Under the pieces are notes generated by a model, which saw only the letters and a program-made list of their open reading frames with translations, searched no databases and was not told where the DNA came from. A program made the translations under genes and the position numbers. A stretch of DNA of 57,210 bases, filler included, from Trypethelium eluteriae (lineage: Eukaryota): the NCBI GenBank assembly GCA_051942245.1. It is 2 parts of 2 records of this genome, joined end to end, with 100 filler letters (N's around TTAATTAATTAA, not from the genome) between each part and the next. Parts side by side here need not be neighbours in the genome. Positions count along the whole stretch, not along the records: positions 1 to 28,594 come from JAVECL010000308.1; positions 28,695 to 57,210 come from JAVECL010000309.1. One strand, given 5' to 3'. Numbering within the stretch: position 1 is the stretch's first letter; each line of letters begins with the position of its first letter. Below, one piece after another: positions 25,778 through 38,090 of the stretch.

Positions 25778-28594
25778 ATGGCCAATGGTCGAGTCGCAAT
25801 TCCTCGGCTCGCTCCGAACTCTCCCCCCACCAAGCTGCGATTTCGGCGACGAGATGGTAATTTCTCGACTTCGCGACCACCGACCATGGATGCTACCCGT
25901 CCCTCTCCAACTGCAGTCCTTCCATCGCTCGCGTCACGTCGTGCAGGCATTCCACCTCCTGTCCGAAGCTCAGGAGCCACTCCCCAGTCTCCGCCAAACT
26001 CATCATCACCCACAGGCACCTCCAAACGTCGCCGCAGCGAGTACGACGATGCCGACGAAGACGCGAGACGGCTGGGGGCCAACAAAAAGGCCTGCGATGA
26101 ATGCAGGCAGCAGAAGGTAAGCCGACCCTCTTGACCATTGTATTGGTACTTCAAGTTCGCTGGTGCTTCATCCATGGATTCCTACCCTTCCATCATATGT
26201 TGTACAGTGAAGCAATCACCCGTCGCTAAGTCGAGGCTACTGTCGGGAATGATGGCCATGCAATGGACCTTGGAACGAGACTCAACCCTCTAAGTAATCT
26301 ATATTGGGATTGGCTTGTATATTGATGTCAATATCTTCGCTTCAATGCCGTTGCGCTCCGATCTTTCTAACATCGTCCTCCACAGCTGAGATGCAATGTG
26401 AACACGGTCGAAGATGGAGAGATCAGTCCGTGTGAGCGGTGCCAAAGGTTTGGGCTGCAATGTATCATCACCCCTGGTTTCAAACGCACTGCCAAACGAG
26501 ATGAGCATGCCGCAATGAAAAAGGAACTTGCCGAGCTCAAAGCAGAGAACCAAGCGTTGCGAATGCAGCTTCACCAATCGAGTATCAACGGCCATGCGAG
26601 TACAAATCCTCCTGCTTCTGGGTTAGGTAATCCCTTGTCGTTTGGATCTCCATCGTCAGGCCCCACGACTACCGCGTTTGCAACCTCCTCTGCCTCCGCC
26701 AGCTATCCGATGGCGCTTCCTCCAGCTGCAGGATCAGCGGCAAATTCGTACTCGTTTCCCTACACCCCGAGCTACTCAGCTATGCCGACTTCGAACTCTC
26801 TTTCACTCGGAGAATCTGCTAGCTACTCAACACCCACGCATATTAGGACCCCACTTGGTAGTAGTATGCCAGGACTTCAATTTGACGCAGACATAGCATC
26901 TAACGAAGCCGACGCGTCACACTCACTGCTACGTCTTTCTCAGCGAGGCGACGGGGACGATAGGTACGCCATGAAGCTTTTTCTTTATTGTGGAATATGG
27001 ATTTTTCCTGTATTGGCGGAACACGAGGAAGATCTTCATTCGCACCAAGCGCTTTTGTCAAAGATCGGACTTCGAATATTCATGCCACTCTACGCTGCTC
27101 AATACAGAGCTATGATTAGGGGTGGCTGACTTGGTTGCTTTTCCCGAACAGTTCGAATTTCCGCCGTGTCCACGCTTCGAAGACCATTGGCGACGTTCGT
27201 CTCCCTCTAACGGAGATCAATGAGCTGTTCTCGCGATATTGGACGGAATTCCATCCCTATCTTCCACTTCTCGATCGGACCAAAGATCCAGAGGACTACT
27301 ACAAAGAATGTCCGATGCTCTACTGGACCATTGTCTTTGTGGCCTCGCGCCGTGATGAAGCCAACTCGGAGCGAATGAAAGATCTACGCGCGCCGGTCAT
27401 GCAATTCATCTATAATACTGTTTCTCAAAGCTCGCAGAGCTATAACATTGTCAAAGGCCTCTGTTTAATCTGCACATGGCCTCCGCATACGAGCAGCACT
27501 TCGGCCGATCCTACGCTCGAGTTGACCGGGATGATGATGGCGATGGCAATGAGATTGGGTCTGCACAGGCCCAGCCATGCAAGGGATTTTGCTAGATACA
27601 GTCTCGTAGTTCCTCCTGCAGAGGTAGACGACCGGCTCCGCACTTGGACAGCTTGCAATATTGTGGCTCAGAGGTATGCATTGTTACGTCCTGCCAGGGG
27701 CCTTGCTAACTACTTCGCAGTATATCTACTGGTTACGGGCAGCCATCTCTGGCTCATTTTGACTATATGCTGCAGCCGGACGAGAATTCTGGTCCCGAGA
27801 AGCTTCCCCTGCCACCTGAATTCCAAATGCGGCTGGCGATAGAGTTACTAGTCAAAAGGATCTCAAGATTTCTCTACCGTGGTCCAACGGAAGACAGCAA
27901 TCCTCAGGTAGAGGAGCAACGTCACCACATAGTCCGTATTCTGGATGCCGAGTTGAAGAAGCTATCTTTCGATAATGCTGATACGATGTCTTGTGAGTAC
28001 TCCTCAGCAAGCCTAGAAACATGCGACGAATACATGTAATCTCTCGCCAAGCCCGCAACTGCAACGCTGATTTTTCTTTCCCTTCCAGCCCTCGATCAAC
28101 TCAACCTCAAAGCCGCCACCCTCCACCTCCACCTCTCCGCCTTCTTCGCCCCACCCTCATCCCCCGACTACACCATGGACCTGCACCACCTCTCCAACGC
28201 CGCAATGTCGTTCCTCGACCACGCCGCCTCGATCTCGCTCTCGCTCTCGCACGCGCCCTCCTACCTAATGCACCTCCTCCTCGCCGCGGGCTTCACCCTC
28301 CTCAAGCTGCTCTCCTCCCCCTTCTTCGCGCACTACCTCGACCGCAAGCGCGCCCGCGCCCTCCTCGCCGCCGCCGTCCGCCTCGTCCGCGACATCTCCG
28401 TCGCCTCCAACGACCTCCCCTGCCGCCTCGCCGAAGTCCTCGCCCAGCTCTCGCGCGCCACCGCCGCCTCCTCTTCCTCCGCCAGCCCCGTCTTGCACCG
28501 CGCCTCCACCTCTATCTCGCTCGCTTCGCCACCTATGGCGCCCAGTCTCGACGGCGGCAGCGTTGGCGGCGGTGGGGGCGTCGGCGTGGGTGGT
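25778..28594 (+). CDS. Zn(II)2Cys6 transcription factor of the Leu3/LeuB-Sef1-PriB type, 3'-truncated by the gap; exons 25778-26116, 26386-26963, 27152-27673, 27721-27992, 28089->28594
   Basis: Spliced cluster KKACDECRQQK/LRCNV...PCERCQRFGLQC..FKRTAKR. Fungal TF middle domain FHPYLPLLD, VKGLCLICTWP, LGLHRPSHARDF, RLRTWTACNIVAQ, STGYGQP, LHLHLSAFF and NDLPCRLAEVLAQL. All four introns splice in frame. Confidence 0.9.
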
Positions 28595-28694
28595 NNNNNN
28601 NNNNNNNNNNNNNNNNNNNNNNNNNNNNNNNNNNNNNNTTAATTAATTAANNNNNNNNNNNNNNNNNNNNNNNNNNNNNNNNNNNNNNNNNNNN
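28595..28694. other. Assembly gap or contig linker: 44 N + TTAATTAATTAA + 44 N
   Basis: Directly visible. The palindromic TTAATTAATTAA puts stops in all six frames, as in artificial joining spacers. Total length is exactly 100 nt. Confidence 0.98.
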
Positions 28695-29446
28695 GTGGAG
28701 GGCTGAGGCGGGTATGGATGTGTGTGGGTCGGGTAGGAGTCCTGTGTGCCATCGGAGGAGGTGAAGGCCGGGGTTGCAGCTTTCTTGGTGGAGCGCGACT
28801 TCTTCTTGCCGCGCCGGTTGCGGCGGCGTCTCGGCCGGTCGCTGCTGCCGCCCTCGGCGGAGCCACTGCCCTCTGCGACGCCGTCGATGTCCATGTCGTC
28901 CGAGCCGGAGCCGGAGCCGTCGGAGTCGCTGTCGTCGAGGCTGGAGGCGCTGGTGTCGCCGACGACGCAGAGGATCTCGGAGGCGTTGTGCAGGCCTTCG
29001 TCGCGGCAGAGGCGGTGGTCGTCTTTGAGATTGCGGCCTTTGTAGAAGAGTTTGATGCGTTTTGCGCTGCTGCCTGTCTTTTTCGCAACTTGAGCTCTGA
29101 CTTCGGCAATGTGTAGTTCTCCTGATGAGATGCTGTGGGCGGGGAAGTGAACGGCGTAGCTGTTCTTCTTCGCTTTTAGGACCAGGACGTCAGTGTCACG
29201 GTCAGGACTAGGTTCTCGATTATGATGGTGCTGTTGGTGCTGATGATGGTGATCTGATGCTGGTGGAGAGTACGGGCGATGGTGACGGTGTTCGGTGTGA
29301 TGGTGTGTTTTGGCAGTGAGCTCATCTTGGATGTCCTCTGGACGGACGTATTCATAGTCGGATTCTTTGACTTCGGCAGTGGGTGTGGATCGACTGAATG
29401 GTGAGAATCGCCCGCTCCAGCTGGGCCATCTGCTTGACCAGCTCAT
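28695..29446 (-). CDS. Ubiquitin-like domain protein of the fungal BAG co-chaperone type, 3'-truncated by the gap (BAG domain itself not visible)
   Basis: First AUG at 29446 gives MSWSSRWPSWSGRFSPF..VKESDYEYV, then a ubiquitin-like domain DVLVLKAKKNSYAVHFPAHSISSGELHIAEVR...RIKLFYKGRNLKDD..CRDEGLHNASEILCVVG, then acidic and basic tracts. This layout matches ascomycete BAG proteins. Confidence 0.8.
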
Positions 29447-30323
29447 GGCTAAGATGAAGAAAGTAAGGGTGGGAAGGAGAACAGCAGTTGTGATAAGTAT
29501 GGGAAGAGCCGAGGGATCTCCAAACTTGTTGACCACCAAAGACAAGATGTCACCGACTTGACCCTGGTACGAGTCTCTTGATAGAGAAGAGCCGTGCACT
29601 CCTTGGGTGAGGTTTCGAGCAAAGACGGTGAGATTCGATTTCCAGAACTCGAGCAGGGAAGGGCCGTGTGGGGCGATGGAGGAGGGGCTGAACGGCTCTC
29701 GCAATTGGTGGTAGATAGCTGAAATCAACGGGGAAGCCACTTTGGAAGTGCTCGTCAAGAGCGAACCGGTGAGAGAGGGCAGAATTACGCTGTTTTTGGG
29801 AGGAGATGCAGAGCACCAGAGAGTTGGGGGCGAGTGTGACAGAGATTGGTGGCGGTCAGTGGTGAGTAGTAAGGAAGTAGTAAGGAAGTAGTCAGGCGTG
29901 TCAGGGTCTGACGGGAGGATGACGCGAAACCCGCGCCGAGACTCTTCCACCCATCTTCACTCAATCTCGTCTTAATTCTGGGCATGATAATATCCAGAGA
30001 GCAGTTTTCATTTTATACATGGATGACTGCCTACCGAATTATCACGTACAGAACACGCTCAATGCGCCAAGCTTGTCAGAGTAGACAACAGACAATACAA
30101 CCACCCATCCGAGTGAAGCCGACTCATGCAAACCCTCAATGCTACCGTCCAGTAGAATCCCCCAGGCGCCGACAGGGTATCATGACAGCCGTTTCTCATG
30201 CAGCAGTAACCCAGTAAATAGCAAGATATATCTCCCATACATCCATTCCCTCCTTTGCGGACTCCCAGTTGCCAGGCCCGATTTTGCTCGCCTTCCTTTA
30301 CACTTTATCTGTGAAGATATCGG

Positions 30324-33300
30324 CTACGGCTGTCGAAACGACGGGTCCATGAGCAACCCATTCCATTCCTCGCCACCGAAGATCTCGTCTAGGTTCATTC
30401 CTGGCAATCCACTTGTCCGCATCGATTGTGGAGCCGCGCCCCAGTCGCCCGTTGTCGGCATCGATCCACTCATGTAGTTGTTACTGCCTTGGCCCATCAT
30501 TCCACTCGTTGGATTATTCATGTTCATTGCTGATTGTTGCTGTAAGTGTGCCTGCGCATCCTGCTGTCGAGACAGATCAAACTGCTGCTGCTGTTGCTGC
30601 TGGTTCTGACTCATGTAAGGTGGTAGCGGGCCAAACAGCTGTACGTCTAAATTCCCGGTATTATCCATGGTCCCTGATTGTGGTGTCCCGAACATGCTAT
30701 TCCTTGGGCTAATATTCTTGTTTCCTGAAGATGTTGAAGTAGAATTGAATTGATTGAATTGACAGTTAGTATTTTCGAAATTAGTCATAGCTTCACTTGG
30801 GTAAGCAAAAGGATCGCTGGACGGGAACATCACTGCCTGTAGGTCTGCCAGGGCTGGATTTTGATAACCACCAAGTACAGGGAAGCTGGGTTGTGTGCCA
30901 GTCATGGGCGGCCCATTGGTCCCCGATTCCGATGCCATGGAAGGGCTGCTGAAAAACTCCGGCGAGTTTAACGCGTATGGAGAATCAAGTGGAGTATTGT
31001 TCTGGGATAAGGACAATGGATGTGGGAAGTGCTTTCGATTTGGTGTATTGGACTGCTTCGGGAATGTCATGGCGCGCTTTCCCTCGGACTGAGGAGTAGG
31101 GATATTGCTTGATGTGTTGTGTCCAGCGCTAGCAGGGGCACTATTAGGCATGTTTGGTGAAGCCGTAGGGCGCCTCTTTTTGTTTGTCGTGGAGTTTGGA
31201 CGGCCACGCTCCAACCTCTCAGGAAGATGCTCGAAGAGATTCTATTTTGCAGTCAGCATGAGTTGCGTCTTGGAAAAGCGTATGATCTGTACAGCAAGAG
31301 TGGCGGTACATCGATCTGCCGCCATACTACGTTTCGCCAGCGCAGCCAGAGTATCTCTTCCCTCATAAGCGTCCCGCATCACATCTTGGCTTGTAGCGGT
31401 ATCAGGGTTTTCAAGACTGTAGAAGACGAGCGAGAGCACGGCAAAAAACGTCGTGTACATGACAAACCAATGAGATCCGACCAGCAGACCCTGCTTCTTC
31501 ATTTCTGCTGTAATGTGGACGATATTACGGGACACACTAACACACGCCATTCCAGAGGCATATGCTTTTGGATCCACGACCTTGTCCCTCTTGGCCTGGG
31601 AGACGTAGTGCAGGAACGGACGGTAGAGCAAGACTTGGGCATGAGCAAAGGCCATTCGTAGGAGCTGTTGCGCCCTACGCGTTGTTAGTGGGCCGATCAC
31701 CCTCCGAAAATATCAATTTTCTGCTTACCGAATGATTCGTGGCTGCGCGTCGCCAGGACGAAGACCCATCGGCAGCTTCTCCTTCCAATCCTGCAAATCC
31801 TTTTCAAGCTCACGAATTTTCTGCATACTCACCGTGTACTGTGACATATGTCCCCGTTGCTGAGCGTTCTTTATTGGATAGACTATTCGCACAATTTTGT
31901 TCATAATCCGAACCAGCTGTAAATGCGCGTTCGAGCCTTGAACGATGGTAGTGGTGCCTTTAGGCATTGGCTTAATTTCTGTCTCTGTAATGTACTCATC
32001 CTCTACTTCTGTAGGCAGATCTTGGTCGATATCGTCGTCTGAGAGGGTGATAGGCAAGCCTAACAAAGCGCCGACGTAGATATCCATCTTGCGGATAACC
32101 CAAAAAGCACGCTTTCGTGTCTCAGCTTCTATAGGAGTGAAGTTGTCGTCAAATGACCGATGGAGCCCCATGCGTAGTGCTGAACGCAGAGCTATCCCGA
32201 CAAAGGCATAGCAAGTGGAAAGCTTGGCGGAGGATTGGAGGAAAAGGATCATGAAAATGTGGGCTTGCAAAGAAGAAATGTCTCGGCAATCGGCGAGGTC
32301 TATCATTTGCCGACATGCCTTGAAATACTGGAATCTGCTATGCTGTTAGCGGAAAGATCAAGAAGGACCTCCATTACGACGAGCTCACCCTTGATCAATC
32401 GCATTCTCATACCCATATTTCTCCAATGTGCTATCCTCGTCAGAAGCAAAGAGGCAACCCAATGCGAGTACGGCATAGAGTAGGGGGAGAAACTTTTGTT
32501 CAGTATTACCAATATTCTCTACTCCATAGTCATAGACACGGTCCAAAAGACGAAAGAAGGTCGGCTGATGTACAACTTTCAATAGTGCTGTTGCATCGTA
32601 TAAAGCATGACCACAAAGTTTGATCGCGCAGTGTTTTGCGGGCAAGTCTACCATGGAGGATGTTGACTCGAGTGGCGACTCGTTATTCGAAGTTGGAGAC
32701 TCAAAGACTTGCGATAGTGGTCTTGACTTGATGAACGGAGTGGCCTGACCTTCAGGGCCCATCAGGTCGCCTAATGACTCCCGCATCCGCCTCACAAAAC
32801 TCAGGCCCGAAGAATGGCCATGATAGTCCCAGTATCCATCCTCATCCAGGTCCAATTGGCCAGTGGCCTTGACCATTGACTCCAATTGATATTCCTTACT
32901 ACTATCTGAGGGAGGCTTCTGCTCTGGCGGAGCAGCCTGGACGTGAGGTTTGATATCGTGCGCTGCGATTTGACCAAATGTTGAAGGCGCATTCGGAAAC
33001 ATGCCGTTCTGAAGGGCGACATCGAGGTTTGGATCATTCAAGTCAACATTCGGCATCACGTATTTTAGCAAGGTTTCGGCACGCTGGAGGCGATGTTCTA
33101 GCGCTTCGATATACTGGGGTTGTGGATTCCGGCGACGATGTGAAGGTTGGTCATAAGTACACTCTGTGAGTCGAGTCTGTTAGATCGCTCTGCCGTCGAA
33201 GCGCATACGTATGAAGATCTCACCATAACTATAGACAGTACAATGGGTGCATGGCTGCTTTCCATCGCACTTGATCTTCTTTCTTCTGCACTCATCGCAA

Positions 33301-33494
33301 GCTCTTGTTACTCTTCGGCGCCGCTTCTGAAGCGGGACTGAAGCGTCCGCCGAAGTATCTGCTGCAGCGTTGTCCGAAGTCTGATTCGCACCCACTGTGC
33401 TTTCTTCTGAAGGCGATACCGGAGACTGGGGTGGCTCTTCCTTTACATCTTGTTGGCCGTCTTCGAAATCATCGGTGGTAGTGGGGTCCTCCAT
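30324..33494 (-). CDS. ASG1: Zn(II)2Cys6 transcription factor, activator of stress genes Asg1-like; 5 exons
   Basis: PLQKRRRRVTRACDECRRKKIKCDGKQPCTHCTVYSY/ECTY (intron 33223-33164), LESMVKATGQLDLDEDGYWDYHGHSSGLSF, ALRMGLHRS, ETRKRAFWVIRKMDIYV, QVLLYRPFLHY, and C-terminal MFPSSDPFAYP and VQLFGPLPPYM. Confidence 0.9.
30581..30604 (-). repeat. Short CAG/CAA polyglutamine tract in the Asg1-like C-terminus
   Basis: ctgctgctgctgttgctgctg on the + strand, encoding QQQQQQQ on the minus strand. Confidence 0.7.
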
Positions 33495-34632
33495 GCTCAA
33501 TGGCGAAGTGTCAGAGGATCGAAGCGCGGAGTCTGAGTCTGGTATGGCGGCAGAAACTCATGTGGGAGATAACGTAGGCCAGGGGAACAGTGCGAAAGGC
33601 TAGAAGTTTGATCAATAATGACATCGAATACAGGAGGGTCCAGGCTAGGGCGGGTCTTGGTCATTCGCGCTGGGGTACAGAAGCGGGATGCTCTTTCGAG
33701 GGTCGGCCTTAAATTAAAGCCGAGTTCGCCGCTTAATCAAGTATAGGTACCTGGTACCACCAGCGTGGTGCGGGAGGATTATATCATCCGTCAAACTTTG
33801 CACGCGTGGTACCACGTTACACCGTGAGAAGGCGCAGGGCGAAGACAGTGACAGGGTCATCGAGCGTCTTCTCGTTGGAGCGCAATGCAGCAGCCCTACT
33901 GTAGGGAATTCTGGCTCGCTAACGGGTGAGACTGAAGGCTCTGGCTTTGGCTTTTCCTGTTAATCGTGTCTGCGGGGCTCGCATGCAAAGCCAGAAGCAC
34001 CAAAGACATGCACCTGCCTTATCAAAACAGGCCGCGCGGCCAACGCTGTGCAAGCAGCAAAGTCTTATGCCGCCGTTATCGCATCTCAATTCCATAGGTA
34101 CCTAAGCAGCCTGACAATTCTTTCTTTGTTGGAGGCCCAAGTCGAAGAATAAACATTGCTACGTGCGATCCGGCATAGATGATCTGCACTAGCCAAGCCA
34201 TCCAAAAGCTTGGCTGCACCTCCGATGCAACCATCTCAGACGCCGGTCAGGCAGGATTACAAGTAGACCTCTGGATAATGTTGTAACCGTTAAATCAGAC
34301 ACTGCAGAGGCGGGGAGGTCGGCCTCCAAATTCCAAGTGCTCCAAGCTCAATTCATTACCGTTCGCCAGGACCGAGCCATGTGGATCTTGTCCAAATCGT
34401 CAGGGTCTGCAGCAGTCATTGGACAGACCGAGGTGACCCCTGCCGGATCTTGTGGCTTCCATGACTCGTACCGCCGCCCTGTTTGGCGGGATGCATGTCT
34501 GATTACTACATCTTTTGGTCAGCGACTTTACCCTTTACAGGCATTCAAACGATTATCCCATCATTGACGCCCCAGATTATCGGGTTTCTCTCTTTTCGAG
34601 AGGATAGCAATGATTTGCACATGTGCAGATGT

Positions 34633-35817
34633 TCAGATTTTGTTATATTCAAATTTAGGGTCTCTCGCATTGGACGGGATTCCGACAGCACCAAGTATTT
34701 CGTCAAACTTTGACTTGTTGCTCTTCAGGAGTTCCCATTCCTCTTCGTTTTTCACCATAAGCGTCCCTGCCAAAAGAGTACCATTGAGTGCCACTGACCC
34801 TATCTCACTACCATCAGAGCGGAGTAAAGTCTCGCCTTCCTTTCGGCGTGGGCAAATCGCCATGAAAGAAGTTGTCAAACCGAGGTTGTAACTAATGGGG
34901 TTGGATTCTCCTTCGGTAGGGTGAAGCCTGAGAGTTCCAGGATTCTTCTCAATATACAGACGTACTGCACTTTCAGCTGCCCTATACAGTCGAGTATATA
35001 ACTCGAAGAGTCCTGTTGCGTCGATGTCCGGTGTAATTCTTTGTCCATAGTGTAAGAAAGGCAAGTCCGGATGACTTATGAGATCGGAATAGCCTGTTGA
35101 GAAATTAGCCACACTAGTTATGAACACACGAAATTTGTAAACGTACCCATGCCTTGAGATGGAGCCTGATCTTCGATAATATCAATCAGCATTTTCCAGC
35201 GGCCAGTTTCACAGTCTCCCGCCATCTCCTCTACAGGCAAGAACTGAACATGCCTGTGTGGCTGACTTGCGCCTGAATGGTCTCCTGAATTGAAGAAGGC
35301 AAAGAGCCTCTTCGGCTCACTGTTGCTGCTCGCCTCTTCCCAGCCTTTTAGGCAGGCATGCATCGCCTCAAGATCATCTCTTTCTAGCAGCGCGGTCTGT
35401 TGTTTGTTTTGTTTTGTTGCTAATATGAAATGTTCAGGTATGACCGGATATTTGTTCAGAACAAGTAAATGACTCGGATTCTCCTCCGGCAATTGAGCGA
35501 TCAGGAGGGCTTCATCAGGATTGTCGAAGGGATCGGGCTTTTTGCTTTTATCTTTGACGTCTTCTGTAGAGGCATCTTTTTGTGGCTTCTTTGCCAGAGC
35601 AGGACAGTAGCGAAGCTGGAACTGGATTTGCTGAGTTGGCGCGAGTTTCTGGGATTGAAAGAAGGGCTCAATTGGTTTACTTACTCACCGGCACGCTTGC
35701 CTCTGTCTCGATAATTGCCAGTTCGGTGGATGAGAATATCAGGCTTTGAGCTGCTCTTGCAGCCTTGTATTTTGCCTTCACTAGACCGTTAAGGTTCCCT
35801 CGAAGACTTGCAAGCAT
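34633..35817 (-). CDS. APA2: Diadenosine tetraphosphate phosphorylase / ATP adenylyltransferase (Apa1/Apa2 family); 3 exons
   Basis: MLASLRGNLNGLVKAKY...LIFSST, spliced FQLRYCPAL, KPDPFDNP, HLLVLNKYPVIPEHFILATK, FFNSGDHSGASQPHRHVQF (HxHxQ motif), ISYNLGLT and VALNGTLLAGTLMVK. Confidence 0.93.
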
Positions 35818-36318
35818 CCTTGACTAGTCAAAAATTCGCAGAGACTCTTGAGCTGCACGCTGTGTACCTCGGTGCTTGCTCGAGATTGAGGTCATCCTGC
35901 TCTGCTCCTGCCAACGGCGCCGGACAATTCTTGGTTCCGACGCGACGAGACCTTGACCTTGACTTAGGCACTCAAATCAAAGACTGCACTTCAGCACTGA
36001 GGAAGGGAATAATTTCTTCTCGCCTCACCCCTCATCCGCATTTAACTTGTAGCTCACAGATCTGGTGCACTCGGACACATTCACTATTGATTCTTGTACA
36101 GAGTGAAGCTAGGTCATAGCGGATTCTGCTTATTCCACGCTGAGATACCATTCTGTCTGCGACACCAAAGTGCCTTTCACGAGACCTTGTGGGAATCAAT
36201 ATAATTACGAAGGCCGCCGATAAGCTCCCTAAAATATCCGATGCACTGCTCCACAGCCACCTCACAGAACGCTCAGAAGACCGAAAGCCCCACTGGTCCC
36301 AACATTCATAAACTCCCT

Positions 36319-38090
36319 TCAATCTTCCTCTTGCAGCTCATCCCACTTTTTACGACAAGTTGCATTGCCGAACTTGTATGAGCCTCCGTGATTTGCGATG
36401 TACTCCGAAATCTTCTTCCACGGGATCTTTGGTCTTTGCCTGGCTCTGCTTCCTGATCCTGGCGTCTTTGGGAGATCTGAGGGTCCTAGTAGCTGAACGG
36501 CCTGCTTCAAAAGTATAATCTAGAATTTAAGTTGTCAATAACAGCAAGGTTCGGAGAATGGATCTGGCACTTACATCTCTGTCCTCCCACTCCGGCCGCC
36601 TTACGCGTTCTTCCTTTCGTTTTGTCAAATTTCTGTAGCGACCCCGCAACGTCGATTCCGCTTCTGCAAAGTGGCCTTTCAGTTTGATTTCCTTATACGT
36701 CAAGCCAGCTTGTTTCTGTTGCACAAGATAGTCGTCTTTTGAACTCCAACGTGGGATCACTAGGGAGCCATACTGCAGGGTCTGCGGGTTCATTAAAAAC
36801 GGTCCGGCGCCCTGCGGTCCTGTAGACGTTTCTTCGTCCCAAATGTAGCCATCTTGGATGTCGACGCATTGATCGTATTCGCCTGAGGAGTTTTTGACTA
36901 AGGGAATTGTTTGCGAATGTAAGTATCCAGATCCATTTTCTAGTAACAGGTCCTCCCCCAGCCTAGATTCTCCACCTATTTGCGCACTTTGCGAGAAGGG
37001 TGACCCCCAGTCAGCGGTCGTTGCCATGCCTTCTGTCAATTCTGTCAAAGGGACTTCGGCGCTTGCCGTTGTAGCAGCTGTCAAGTCGGCATTCGATGTC
37101 TGCCACCATTGTGGGTCCCCGCCAACCTGTGCGGACTCTGTCTCGAGCAGCGGCATGCAATCTGTCAAGTCGCCATTGCTAGCGTGGATCGAATGTCTTT
37201 GTTGGTTCGTGCTGGCTGTTGATCCACACACTGACTGCGGCATTCCTGAGAATGCGTGTTGTCCTTCATCCTCACCATAAGGATGGCACGCGATGTCAAG
37301 GTTGTATAATTCATTGGTAGTGGTGTGCTTCAAAGCGTTGTCGAGGGGGCCTCCGCTACTGGATACCTCACCATGAGGGAAACGGCAACTCTGTTGATTG
37401 TCCCAAGGTTCATCCAGCTGCGACATGTTCGTACACAAGATGGGATCCGACACTAATGCGCTACTGTACGATGCCTCCGGCCTATTTTGCAGGAGGCTAT
37501 CCTCAAATCCAAGGGGATTCCACGTATCTAGACGATGCGTCTGCTCCTGTTTTGGATCCGATTGTGCGAAGTAGCTGTCTTCCTCCTCACTATTCCGACT
37601 CTGGCGATTGTTCTCGAGAGTGGCGTCTGTCTCAACAGACAGCCCACCCAGAGACGGACAATTCAGCACCTCCGTGTCTTGCAATCGGGACTGTGGCTGA
37701 TTTGACGTGTTCGCTATGGCCATGCTTGATAGATCTGGGCAAGAGCGTTGAGATCTAGTGGAGCAATGCGGAGATTTTGCCGGACAACTTCTTTCGATAC
37801 CCTGCTGCGGTTGATTCTATCTCCAATTAGCAGTTTCGTTCTACCTGACTACGATGGTCTTGGTTTACCTTAACAAAGTCCATTGCAGGATTGTGCACGG
37901 TTGCACATTGTTGATATTGAACCAAGTGCGGGCACCCAATTGTGTCCTTCAGAAGCGAAGCTTTTTGACTCGTAAGGTGCACAGCTCCGTCAACTGTCTC
38001 AGCGTTGCGTTGAAACCTCATCGGGAACCACTCCGGTGATTGTGGATGAAGGACAGCCAAGTGTGGCGGCCCATAATAATCAAACATCAT
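36319..38090 (-). CDS. Conserved fungal protein with a C-terminal Myb/homeodomain-like region; 3 exons (38090-37869, 37816-36575, 36519-36319)
   Basis: Both introns splice in frame. C-terminus KDDYLVQQKQAGLTYKEIKLKGHFAEAESTLRGRYRNLTK..ERVRRPEW..KIPWKKISEYIANHGGSYKFGNATCRKKWDEL. The first exon is less certain than the rest. Confidence 0.75.

Noticed and set aside
28639..28650. Perfect palindrome TTAATTAATTAA as a biological element
   Set aside because: It is flanked by exactly 44 N on each side, which marks it as an artificial spacer.
28021..29116. Extra long ORFs in alternative frames and on the antisense strand near the gap (also 47555-48379 and 56660-57167)
   Set aside because: Shadow ORFs caused by stop-codon scarcity in GC-rich coding DNA.
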